This document shows, one piece after another, positions 24,122-32,224 of a DNA stretch of 36,255 bases. The notes beneath the pieces are model-generated. The model searched no databases. It was not told the DNA's origin and was given only the letters and a program-made list of their open reading frames with translations. The DNA is from Minisyncoccia bacterium (GTDB taxonomy: Bacteria > Patescibacteriota > Minisyncoccia > Phycocordibacterales > Phycocordibacteraceae). Both the position numbers and the translations under genes were made by a program. Position 1 is the first letter of the stretch. Each line of letters starts with the position of its first letter. Location of the stretch: assembly GCA_046756605.1 (NCBI GenBank), contig JBHHWQ010000001.1, forward strand, positions 1-36,255, in the 5' to 3' direction.

Positions 24122-24268
24122 GGGGCTATTCCCGAATGACGGATATGGTTGTTTATGGCTTTATAGAGCCATATTTCTGAGCCGCTGCACCGGAATCTCG
24201 CGCGAGAAAACAGTATAGAACCCAGCATTTATGACCCCGAGAGAAAGCGCATCAGGCGCGCGCTCCGG

Positions 24269-25291
24269 GTGATACAGAACAACCATTATCTCACCACCGC
24301 AGTACTCTCGGTGCTCTTTTTGGTAACCACTCTCGGTCCGCTTTCCGCGGGCGCCTTTTCGTTCGTGCGCCTTTTCGGGTCACTTTCGGCCGGAAGCGAG
24401 CCGGCGCCCGTGCTCCACTCGTCGAGCGGCACACCAGCGCTCAGGGCTGCGCTCAATGTCGACCCGAACCCCGCCAAGGGCGGCGGCGACATAGCAATCG
24501 TCGGGGGCGTAGCGCTTTCCGCCGAGAGCGGCCCATCAGGCACCTTGGCGGATATCGAGGTTGCGCGCCCCGGGGCCGACGAGATTTCTATATACGTTGT
24601 TCGCGAGGGCGACACCATATCCCAAATTGCCGAACTCTTCGGCGTTTCCACCAATACGGTTGTCTGGGCGAACGACCTGCGCGGCACGACCATCCACCCC
24701 GGGCAGACGCTCGCCATCCTTCCGGTCTCGGGCATCACGCATACGGTCGCGAAAGGCGATACACTCGCGTCCATTACGAAAAAGTATGAAGGCGACCTCG
24801 CGGAGGTCCTCGAATTCAACGGCCTTGTAGAGGGCGCGTCGCTTGCAGTGGGTGAAACCATAGTGGTTCCGTACGGCGTGGTGCCGCAGGCGGTCGGCAC
24901 GATATCGACGACAGCGGTAGCGCGGGGCACGGGCGGGCCCTACCTCGAAGGATATTTCCTTCGCCCGGTCGTCGGCGGCTCAAAGACCCAGGGGCTTCAC
25001 GGCTACAACGGCGTCGACATTGGCGCGCCGACAGGCACGACGGTTCTGGCTTCCGCTTCCGGCGAGGTCATTATTTCTCGTACCGGCGGATACAACGGCG
25101 GCTACGGCCAGTACATCGTCATTCGCCACCCAAACGGAACCCAAACCCTCTACGGGCATCTCTCGCAAAACTATGTTTTTGCGGGCGATTACGTGGTGCA
25201 GGGCCAGGTTATCGGCGCCGTGGGAAACACCGGCCGCTCCACGGGGCCGCACGTGCATTTCGAGGTGCGCGGCGCGGCGAATCCGTTTTAA
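24269..25291 (+). CDS. Secreted LysM-domain M23 family metallopeptidase (peptidoglycan hydrolase)
   Basis: 340 aa with an N-terminal hydrophobic segment and two LysM repeats (YVVREGDTISQIAELFGVS..., HTVAKGDTLASITKKYEG...). M23 motifs HGYNGVDIGAP and GNTGRSTGPHVHFEV are present. GTG start. Confidence 0.9.
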   Translation: MIQNNHYLTTAVLSVLFLVTTLGPLSAGAFSFVRLFGSLSAGSEPAPVLHSSSGTPALRAALNVDPNPAKGGGDIAIVGGVALSAESGPSGTLADIEVARPGADEISIYVVREGDTISQIAELFGVSTNTVVWANDLRGTTIHPGQTLAILPVSGITHTVAKGDTLASITKKYEGDLAEVLEFNGLVEGASLAVGETIVVPYGVVPQAVGTISTTAVARGTGGPYLEGYFLRPVVGGSKTQGLHGYNGVDIGAPTGTTVLASASGEVIISRTGGYNGGYGQYIVIRHPNGTQTLYGHLSQNYVFAGDYVVQGQVIGAVGNTGRSTGPHVHFEVRGAANPF

Positions 25292-26763
25292 TATTCTCTA
25301 AATTTCGGCCGGTACTGCAGGGCTTCGAGTACGTGCGCCGTCTCGACCGTGTTGCTTTTTTCAAGGTCGGCGACCGTGCGGGCGAGCCGAATCACACGGT
25401 GGTACGAGCGTGGCGAGAGTTTGAGCGCCGTAGCCGACTGCTGGAGCGTCGCCAGCGCGTCCGGCGCAACAAGCGCCACTTTTTCGATGTTCCGACTCCC
25501 CAGTTCGCTGTTCGGAGCGCCCTGTCTTCTTTCAGCAATTTGGCGTGCGCCCTTAACTCGGCTACGCACGGCCGCAGAGGTGTCGCCGCCGCCCCTCGAG
25601 AGCTTTTCATGTTCCACCAGCGGCACGTCTATCCAGAGGTCAATGCGGTCTACAATAGCACCCGAAAGTTTCCGCTCGAAACGTTGAATCTCCCGCGGGT
25701 CGGCATGGTCTCCCGGCGGGTTCATAGCGGCGACGAGCATGATGTTCGCCGGGTACGTTTCGGTACCTGATGCGCGGCTGACGGTTATGGCGCGATTCTC
25801 CAATATCTCGCGCAGCGACTCGACCGTCCGCCGGTCGAATTCAGGGAATTCGTCCATGAAAAGGACGCCGCGGTGCGCGAGCGTTACTTCGCCAGGCTTC
25901 ACCGTCGCACCACCGCCAACCAGAGCAACATAGGAGGAGGTGTGGTGTGGCGCACGCACGGGCGGCGCGGTAATGAGCGTCTCCTTTAGAGCGCCCGCGA
26001 CGGAGTGTATCGCGGTTACCTCAAGCGCCTCATCTTCAGAGAGTTCCGGCAGGACACCCCCTAAGGCGGCAGCGAGCATGGTTTTCCCCGTGCCGGGCGG
26101 CCCCATCATGGCAATATTGTGCCGGCCTGCCGCCGCAATCTCGATACCGCGCTTGGCGGTCTCCTGCCCCGCGATGTCGGACATATCGACACCGCTCTCT
26201 CTGCGTCTCAGAATCTCCGGTTTCGGCGTCGCTTCAAGCATAAGGGTTCCCTTAAGGTGCGCGATGACGTCTGAGAGGGTTTGAGCACCGAAGACCGCCA
26301 CGCCTTCGACCAGCGCCGCCTCTTCAGCGCTCTCTTCCGGCACGATGATGGTATGGAAACCGCGCTCGCGCGCCGCGAGCGCCGCCGGCAACACCCCGCG
26401 GACGCCTCGGAGCGCGCCGTCAAGGCCCAGCTCGCCGATGAAGAGCGTCCCTTCGGGGTCGAATGAAAATTCTTCTGCGGCGGCGAGGTACGAAAGCGCC
26501 ATCGGCAGATCGAACACCGGTCCCTCTTTCCTAATGTCCGCCGGTGCGAGCGAGATGACCACCTTATGGTTTTTGCTCTTGGGCGAGGCGAACCCAGAAT
26601 GTTTTATGGCTGACGATATCCGGTCGCGTGCCTCCTCAACTGCTTTACCGGGGAGCCCCACAACTGCAAACGCATACAGACCTCGTGAGAGGTCTGCTTC
26701 AAGGGTAACAATAGGCGCGTTTGGGAACTGCGGCTGAACGCTGTACACTCGCGCGAATGCCAT
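25288..26763 (-). CDS. comM: Mg-chelatase-like AAA+ protein YifB/ComM family
   Basis: The start is placed at MAFARVYS (ATG 26763), the canonical family N-terminus. Walker A is GPPGTGKTML and Walker B is GVLFMDEFPEF. The track ORF's 87-aa extension overlaps yebC and looks spurious. Confidence 0.85.
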   Translation of the reverse strand: MAFARVYSVQPQFPNAPIVTLEADLSRGLYAFAVVGLPGKAVEEARDRISSAIKHSGFASPKSKNHKVVISLAPADIRKEGPVFDLPMALSYLAAAEEFSFDPEGTLFIGELGLDGALRGVRGVLPAALAARERGFHTIIVPEESAEEAALVEGVAVFGAQTLSDVIAHLKGTLMLEATPKPEILRRRESGVDMSDIAGQETAKRGIEIAAAGRHNIAMMGPPGTGKTMLAAALGGVLPELSEDEALEVTAIHSVAGALKETLITAPPVRAPHHTSSYVALVGGGATVKPGEVTLAHRGVLFMDEFPEFDRRTVESLREILENRAITVSRASGTETYPANIMLVAAMNPPGDHADPREIQRFERKLSGAIVDRIDLWIDVPLVEHEKLSRGGGDTSAAVRSRVKGARQIAERRQGAPNSELGSRNIEKVALVAPDALATLQQSATALKLSPRSYHRVIRLARTVADLEKSNTVETAHVLEALQYRPKFREY

Positions 26764-26848
26764 CCAAAGAGTATACCGCATCGGTTTATACCCCACCGGA
26801 GCGCGGGTAGCATAGAAAATAAGACCAGGGCAAGCGCCCGGCCACTTC

Positions 26849-27388
26849 TTATTCTTCAGTGTCCGCGGTCGTATAGACGTCCTGCACGTCGTCCTGTTCC
26901 TCGAGCGCTTCAATGAGCTCGGCGAGCTTTTCGCCATCTTCGTTTGAGAGCTCGAGCGGGTGCTGGGGAACGTACCGGCCTTCGGTTTTTGTGAACGCCC
27001 ACGCGGCGGAGCCGGGTGCTCCAAGCTCGTACCCGGCTTTCGAGAGAATGTGGCGGATTTCCGGTGCGGTGCGGTTGTTGTTGTCGGTTACGGCCGTGAT
27101 AACGAGCGCCGCTCCGCCGGGGCCAAAGGCCTCAAACACCACCTCCTCGAGTGCCGCGCCCCCAGCGCCGCCTCCCTTCGAAACCGCCCGTTCGATGTTG
27201 TCTTTCGGCATCGAGTCCTTTTTTGCCCGCTCGATGGCTGCGGCAAGCCCTGGCGACGAAATGTCGCCGCCGGCCTTGCGCGACTCGACGGCAATTGCCG
27301 CCGCATGTTTTGAAAAAATCCTGCTTTTCTCGGCATCTGACGCCGCTTTTTTGTGTTTAATTTTCGACCACTTGTTGTGTCCGCTCAT
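26849..27388 (-). CDS. yebC: YebC/PmpR-family protein, short form lacking the middle domain
   Basis: 179 aa with MSGHNKWSKIKHKKA, MPKDNIERAV, EAFGPGGAALVI and a C-terminal EEQDDVQDVY. About 65 aa are missing relative to the ~245-aa canonical proteins. Confidence 0.85.
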   Translation of the reverse strand: MSGHNKWSKIKHKKAASDAEKSRIFSKHAAAIAVESRKAGGDISSPGLAAAIERAKKDSMPKDNIERAVSKGGGAGGAALEEVVFEAFGPGGAALVITAVTDNNNRTAPEIRHILSKAGYELGAPGSAAWAFTKTEGRYVPQHPLELSNEDGEKLAELIEALEEQDDVQDVYTTADTEE

Positions 27389-27416
27389 GACGTATAAATC
27401 GGCAGGTGCCGGCGCG

Positions 27417-27800
27417 CTATGACGCCGGCTCCTTTTTCATATGCGCGAGGCACATGCGCGCGGCGGGGTTCGCATTCAGGCGTTCGAGTTCGATGTCGTC
27501 GCCGGACTCTTCGCACACGCCGTACGTCCCCTTCTCTATTTTCGTGAGGGCGAGGTTCACGTTTGAAAGGCGTGCCTCAAGCTCGTTCATGGCCGCGTTG
27601 TTCTCGTGCAGGGCCTCGACGATGTCAGCATTTTCGTTGCGGTCGGCGTCGAATGTGTCGCCCGCGGGCTTTGCCGGCTCCCAGTCCGCCGGGTTGTCGG
27701 GGTTCCTACTGCCGAGCGATGAAAGCTCGCGCTTGAGAATGTCGCGCTCTTTCTCGAGCCGCGCCTTAAATTCCTGCACCTGTGTTTCCGTTAGTGCCAT
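27417..27800 (-). CDS. DksA/TraR-family protein with degenerate zinc finger
   Basis: The start is placed at MALTETQ (ATG 27800), giving 127 aa. A coiled-coil region is followed by GTYGVCEESGDDIELERLNANPAARMCLAHM, i.e. CxxS...CxxH instead of CxxC...CxxC. Confidence 0.7.
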   Translation of the reverse strand: MALTETQVQEFKARLEKERDILKRELSSLGSRNPDNPADWEPAKPAGDTFDADRNENADIVEALHENNAAMNELEARLSNVNLALTKIEKGTYGVCEESGDDIELERLNANPAARMCLAHMKKEPAS

Positions 27801-27841
27801 ATACCGGGGAATTCTAACACAACCCTGCTGTTTGCAGATAC

Positions 27842-28729
27842 TCACTGTCGCGCGCCGAGCCGGGTCAGGACTTCCCGCAGGGTGAATTCGTTTGTCGTGA
27901 TGATGACCGTTGTCCGGGCGGGGTACGCGTAGAGGATGGGCCACGCAGTGCCGTCTGATGTGTGCGTGCTCTGGCGCACGTCGATGTTGCGGATAACGGC
28001 GTCCTCGAACGTAAGCGACGGCGCTCCGTTTGTAGCGCCGAGTGGCGCAAAGAAGGTACCAAGGTTCTTGCCGAGCGTCGTTTCATTTGCAAGGAGTGCG
28101 CCCAACGAGCGGTCGAACGCGCTCACTGTTATCAAAAGAAACGGCTGGCTTCGGTCGAACGCGTGTATCCCGACCATGATATCCTCCACCTCGCGCGCGA
28201 ACGAAGCCGGCAGACCGAGTTGGAGCGCCGTTTCCAAAGGAGGCAATTCGACGCCATTCTCAAGCACCACCACGCGCGCGACCTCGCCGAGCGAAAGGTC
28301 GAGGCCCGCGCGGAGTGCCGCGAGCCGCTCATCCAGCAGCTCGTTTGGCGCAGGCGTAACGGTAACAGTACGGTTCGCGAACACGAGGCCTTGGCTTATG
28401 TCCGGCGGCTCATTCCGGCCGCCTAAGAAAAACATCGCGCCGGCCACGATACCGATGCCAAGCGCCACGAGCGTAAGCGCTCCGAATGCGAGAAACATCC
28501 GGCGCGAGCTCCCCGTCGATATGCCGTTTTTCGCCGCTCTCCGCGGACGTTTTTTCTCCGCTGTGATGATGGACGAGAGCGACTCGCCGCGCTCTTTGAT
28601 GGCGCGGCTCATGTCCGCGGCGTAGGTGCGGATGCGCGGAAGCGCCGCATTTTCTGGTACGTTCGTACGCGCGTCTTCCGTTCCCGCCAGTGCTTCATGC
28701 GGCACCGAATCCGTTTCTTTTTCGGCCAT
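27842..28729 (-). CDS. Hypothetical single-pass membrane protein
   Basis: 295 aa with a charged N-terminus, one TM (MFLAFGALTLVALGIGIVAGAMFFL) and an unrecognised extracytoplasmic domain. It lies between pnp and the dksA-like gene. Confidence 0.7.
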   Translation of the reverse strand: MAEKETDSVPHEALAGTEDARTNVPENAALPRIRTYAADMSRAIKERGESLSSIITAEKKRPRRAAKNGISTGSSRRMFLAFGALTLVALGIGIVAGAMFFLGGRNEPPDISQGLVFANRTVTVTPAPNELLDERLAALRAGLDLSLGEVARVVVLENGVELPPLETALQLGLPASFAREVEDIMVGIHAFDRSQPFLLITVSAFDRSLGALLANETTLGKNLGTFFAPLGATNGAPSLTFEDAVIRNIDVRQSTHTSDGTAWPILYAYPARTTVIITTNEFTLREVLTRLGARQ

Positions 28730-28758
28730 TATTCTTATTGTATATCAACGATCTAGCG

Positions 28759-30930
28759 TTACGGCCTGTTTTTGCGGTTGCCGTTTCTGTTTGTTGGACG
28801 GGTCGGCGGCTTCAGCCCTTTGCGCGCGGCAAAATCCGGGTCGGCGGCTTTTATGGAAAGCGATACCCGCCCCTCTCCGTCAGAATCTTTTACTACCACT
28901 TTCACGGTCTCGCCGACCGTAAGCGCATCCTCCATTCGGTCAATCCTGAACGGGGCGACTTCCGAGATATGCACCAACCCTTCGATGCGCGAATTAAGCC
29001 GGACGAACGCGCCGAAATCGGCAAGCCGCGTTACCTTGCCTTCGACCGTCTCACCAGGCGTGAAAACGCGCGTCATGTCGCGGATTATTGTCTCGGCCGC
29101 CTCCGGCGTATCGGCACGTCCGGTGATGAACACGCGCCCGTCGTCTTCTATGGAAATACTGTCAACACCCGTGTCCTCTTGGATCTTCTTCACCGTTTTC
29201 CCCGAGCCGCCGATAACAAGTCCGATCATGTCGGGCGGTATGGAGAGTGTGATGATTTTCGGCGCGCGCGGATTCAGGTCCGCCCGCGGCGCGGCAATCG
29301 CCTGCTTCATCGTCTCTAAGATATGGAGCCGCGCCTTCTTGGCTGCCTGAAGTGCCTCGGCAAGTATGCTCGGCGGCACGCCTTCGACCTTCACGTCGAG
29401 CTGGATGGCGGTTACCCCTTTCTCGGTTCCCGCTACCTTGAAGTCCATGTCCCCGTGGTGGTCTTCCGGTCCCTGGATATCTGTGAGAACAGCGTACCGC
29501 TCAGGCGATTCGTACATGACGCCCATTGCGATGCCGGCCACCGGCGCGGCGATGGGCACGCCGCCGTCCATTAAGGCCAAACTCGACGCGCAGACAGAGC
29601 CCATCGAGGTCGAGCCGTTCGACGCGAGTGCCTCCGATACGATGCGGATGGTGTATGGGAACGCATCCTGTGGCGGGATGACGGGCACCAACGCTTTTTC
29701 AGCGAGTGCGCCGTGGCCGATCATCCGGCGATTGAAGCCGCCGATGCGCCCCGTCTCACCGACGGAGAATGGCGGGAAATTGTAATGGTGCATAAACCGT
29801 TTCTTCTCCTCGGCGCCTTCGATTGAGTCGATAATTTGCGAATCCTCCGGCCCGCCCAAGGTCAGCGCTGAAAAGATGTGGGTGCCGCCGCGATAGAAGA
29901 TGCCGGAGCCGTGAAGAACCGGCGAGACGCCGCCGGCTTTTGCAAATAAGGGGCGCACCTCGTCGAGTGCGCGGCCGTCGACACGCTCGCCGGCGCGAAT
30001 AGCCCGCTCGCGCATGAGCGCCTCCACCTGAGATTCGAAATATTCATCTGCCGCGCGCACGTGTTCCGGGTGCTCTTCCGCAACCGCGCCAAGGTATTCA
30101 TCCTTCAAGGGCGCCGTGGCGCCCTTCCCTGGCCGCCCCGAAAACACGGCTTGTTCGAAACGACTCCCAAGTGCTTCAAAATACGCCACCACCGCCTCCG
30201 GCGTTTCCGGCTTCTCGAATAACTGCTTCTCTTTCGCGGCTGTTCCGATAATTTCTTTCTGGAACCGCTGAAGTTTTTCGAGCTCTGCCAAGCCGAACGC
30301 GAACGCCTGTGCGAGCGTCTCTTCGGATATTTCATTCGCTCCAACCTCTATCATTGTGACAGTGCCGTCTTTGCCGCAGAGCAGGAGATCGAGCTCTGTA
30401 TCAGGTGCGTCGCGCTCGGCGTATGTTGGGTTCACGATGAATGCATCACTCCCGCGCTTCTTGCCGACGCGCACTGCACTCACCGGCCCCTCCCACGGGA
30501 TGTCAGATGTTGAGAGCGCGAGCGAGGCGGCGTTTACCGCAAGCACGTCCGGGTCGTCTTCGTCTATGGAAAGGACCGTTACCACGACCTGCACGTCCTT
30601 GCGGAGCGCATGGTCGAACAGGGGGCGCACCGTGCGGTCGACGACGCGGGCCGACAAGACCGCGTCGTCCGACGGCCGCCCCTCTCTGCGGATGAACCGG
30701 CTTCCGAGGATCGCTCCCGCCGCATAGAATTTTTCTTCGTACTCGACCGATAGTGGAAAGTACCCCTTGTCGCTCTCGGCACTTCCCATGACCGCGGTTA
30801 CGAGAACCGTCGTGTTGCCGTAGCGGACGATGACCGAGCCGTTCGCCTGCTCGGTGAGGTCCGTGAATGTTGCGGAAAAGGTTTTGCCGCCTATATTGGT
30901 CTTAAAAGTTTCTTCCCGCATCGCGCGCAT
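28759..30930 (-). CDS. pnp: Polyribonucleotide nucleotidyltransferase (PNPase)
   Basis: 723 aa with two RNase PH-like domains, then KH (GLVIGGSGKTVKKIQ) and S1 (GETVEGKVTRLADFGAFVRL) domains. Confidence 0.95.
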   Translation of the reverse strand: MRAMREETFKTNIGGKTFSATFTDLTEQANGSVIVRYGNTTVLVTAVMGSAESDKGYFPLSVEYEEKFYAAGAILGSRFIRREGRPSDDAVLSARVVDRTVRPLFDHALRKDVQVVVTVLSIDEDDPDVLAVNAASLALSTSDIPWEGPVSAVRVGKKRGSDAFIVNPTYAERDAPDTELDLLLCGKDGTVTMIEVGANEISEETLAQAFAFGLAELEKLQRFQKEIIGTAAKEKQLFEKPETPEAVVAYFEALGSRFEQAVFSGRPGKGATAPLKDEYLGAVAEEHPEHVRAADEYFESQVEALMRERAIRAGERVDGRALDEVRPLFAKAGGVSPVLHGSGIFYRGGTHIFSALTLGGPEDSQIIDSIEGAEEKKRFMHHYNFPPFSVGETGRIGGFNRRMIGHGALAEKALVPVIPPQDAFPYTIRIVSEALASNGSTSMGSVCASSLALMDGGVPIAAPVAGIAMGVMYESPERYAVLTDIQGPEDHHGDMDFKVAGTEKGVTAIQLDVKVEGVPPSILAEALQAAKKARLHILETMKQAIAAPRADLNPRAPKIITLSIPPDMIGLVIGGSGKTVKKIQEDTGVDSISIEDDGRVFITGRADTPEAAETIIRDMTRVFTPGETVEGKVTRLADFGAFVRLNSRIEGLVHISEVAPFRIDRMEDALTVGETVKVVVKDSDGEGRVSLSIKAADPDFAARKGLKPPTRPTNRNGNRKNRP

Positions 30931-30932
30931 TT

Positions 30933-31568
30933 CTATTCGTCAGGGGTGTCTGAGCCGACCACGTGCGGCGAACCTTCATTTTTGCCGTCTCCGCCCTCGA
31001 CCTCAGGGTGGCTCCCCGTGTTCGGGATGTCGGCTGGTTGAGTGGTTGAAGCAAGGAACCTGTTCGGCGTGAGCAAGAATTTCCGCGGTGTCTCGCCCAT
31101 GTCGGTAAACTCATCCGCGACCTCCCGCAGTCGCCCCGACGAGGACTTGCCGAACGAGATGACCTCGACCTGGACCCCGTGGGTCTTAAGGTACTCCACC
31201 AACGGAACGAAGTCGCCGTCGCCGGTCGCTAAAACCACTGCGTCGAGCCGGCTCGAGAGCTTGATGGCGTCGACCGCCATACCGACATCCCAATCGGCCT
31301 TTTTTGCGCCGCCGTAGAACACCTGGAGCTCCTTGGTTTTGGTTTCAATGCCCATCTTGGTCAAGGCGTCGAAAAACGCCCGCTCTTCCCCGCTCTCGGT
31401 GGTTACCACGTAGGCGACGGCGCGGATGAGCTGGCGGCCGGCGACCGCTTCCTTCAAGACATTGCCGAAATGCACCCGCGCGTGGTACAGGTTTTTCGCG
31501 CTGTGGTACAGGTTCTGGGTGTCGATAAAGACCGCGACGCGCTGGTCTCTGTGTTTTATGATTGCCAT
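30933..31568 (-). CDS. NYN-domain (LabA/DUF88-like) putative ribonuclease
   Basis: 211 aa. VAVFIDTQNLYHS, ADWDVGMAVDA and VVLATGDGDFVPLV match the acidic catalytic pattern of NYN/PIN-like LabA proteins. The disordered C-tail is acidic and G-rich. The stop lies 2 nt before the pnp ATG. Confidence 0.8.
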   Translation of the reverse strand: MAIIKHRDQRVAVFIDTQNLYHSAKNLYHARVHFGNVLKEAVAGRQLIRAVAYVVTTESGEERAFFDALTKMGIETKTKELQVFYGGAKKADWDVGMAVDAIKLSSRLDAVVLATGDGDFVPLVEYLKTHGVQVEVISFGKSSSGRLREVADEFTDMGETPRKFLLTPNRFLASTTQPADIPNTGSHPEVEGGDGKNEGSPHVVGSDTPDE

Positions 31569-31569
31569 T

Positions 31570-31759
31570 TAAGAATTTCTTATGAGCAGGGCGAATTGGA
31601 AATTCTTAAACCCCGCCCCATTTTTGCTTATAAAAATCCTTCGCAACGCGCGTGCGTGAAGAGCACACCCCTCGCTGAGCGAAGTGCGTTGCTATAGAAA
31701 TGTGAATGAACACATCACACTCCCTACCCAGATTGCTCTCGCAAAAAATGGGGCAGGGT
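31570..31759 (-). promoter_or_regulatory. Structured rpsO-NYN intercistronic region (candidate processing/attenuation element or small RNA)
   Basis: A 10-bp perfect hairpin (31570-31579 / 31599-31608) ends 1 nt before the NYN ATG. An imperfect ~18-bp long-range helix (31610-31627 / 31741-31759) encloses ~113 nt that contains mutually exclusive GCAACGC/GCGUUGC and CUUCGC/GCGAAG pairings. Confidence 0.4.
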
Positions 31760-31781
31760 AAGCTCAGTATACCAGACCCAA

Positions 31782-32048
31782 CTACTTCTTCAGTCCCAAA
31801 CTTTTCACTAGCTTGTTGTACGCGCGCTTGTTGTTCTTCTCGAGGTACTTAAGGTGTGCGCGTCGGTCCGCGACCATTTGTAAAAGCCCGCGCCGCGAGT
31901 GCTTGTCTTTCGCGTTCTTCTTTAAGTGGATGGCGAGCTCGTTGATTTTTTTGGTCAAAAGGGCGACCTGAACCTCCGCTGAACCGGTATCCTTGTCGTG
32001 CTTCTGGACCGCCTTGGTCACCCGTGCTTTCTGTGTTTTGGTAAGCAT
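31782..32048 (-). CDS. rpsO: 30S ribosomal protein S15
   Basis: The start is placed at MLTKTQKARV (ATG 32048), giving 88 aa. DTGSAEVQVALLTKKINELAIHLKKNAKDKHSRRGLLQMV is canonical S15. Confidence 0.9.
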   Translation of the reverse strand: MLTKTQKARVTKAVQKHDKDTGSAEVQVALLTKKINELAIHLKKNAKDKHSRRGLLQMVADRRAHLKYLEKNNKRAYNKLVKSLGLKK

Positions 32049-32139
32049 GAGATGCCACTCTACCATAAATACTCTTTGTTTGCAACACATTCTCTTGAAT
32101 TCACCTCTGATATGCAAAAGACAAAGACAGCAAAGCACC

Positions 32140-32192
32140 GCCAAACCCCATAAAAACCCGACATCGGATGTCGGGTTTTTATGGGGTTTGGC
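32140..32192. repeat. Perfect 53-bp palindrome (26-bp arms) between divergent rpsO and xerC
   Basis: Every base from 32140 to 32165 pairs with 32192 to 32167 around centre 32166 (gccaaaccccataaaaacccgacatc g gatgtcgggtttttatggggtttggc). The inner part looks like a bidirectional terminator. Confidence 0.9.
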
Positions 32193-32224
32193 CTGGTATT
32201 ATAAATATTGTGCGAAGCTAATGT

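Noticed and set aside
24031-24228. 65-aa ORF on the minus strand in the intergenic region between the 527-aa gene and the M23 gene.
   Set aside because: It has no motif, an odd composition and no SD. It lies in a region better explained as divergent promoter and leader sequence.
24122-24268. A c-di-AMP (ydaO-type) riboswitch upstream of the cell-wall hydrolase, prompted by CCCGAAUGACGG and CCGGAAUC.
   Set aside because: The other conserved ydaO blocks as I recall them (GGGGACCCA, GGGGUGAAUCC, CAGCUAACCUCGUAAGCG) are absent. The resemblance is limited to one short string. An Infernal scan would settle it.
26764-27024. 87-aa N-terminal extension of the ComM/YifB ORF given in the ORF track.
   Set aside because: The extension overlaps the 3' end of yebC and has a basic, low-complexity composition. 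The canonical family N-terminus (MAFARVYS...) begins at ATG 26763.
32049-32144. N-terminal extensions of rpsO (to 32144), the dksA-like gene (to 27944) and rsmA (to 20544).
   Set aside because: The extensions are Cys/Arg/His-rich nonsense and overlap upstream genes or regulatory DNA. Internal ATGs give proteins of canonical length and N-terminus.
32140-32192. The 53-bp palindrome as the dif site for the adjacent Xer recombinase.
   Set aside because: It has no resemblance to the ~28-bp dif consensus architecture (two 11-bp arms around a 6-bp spacer, AT-rich core). dif is normally near the terminus, whereas this window carries dnaA.
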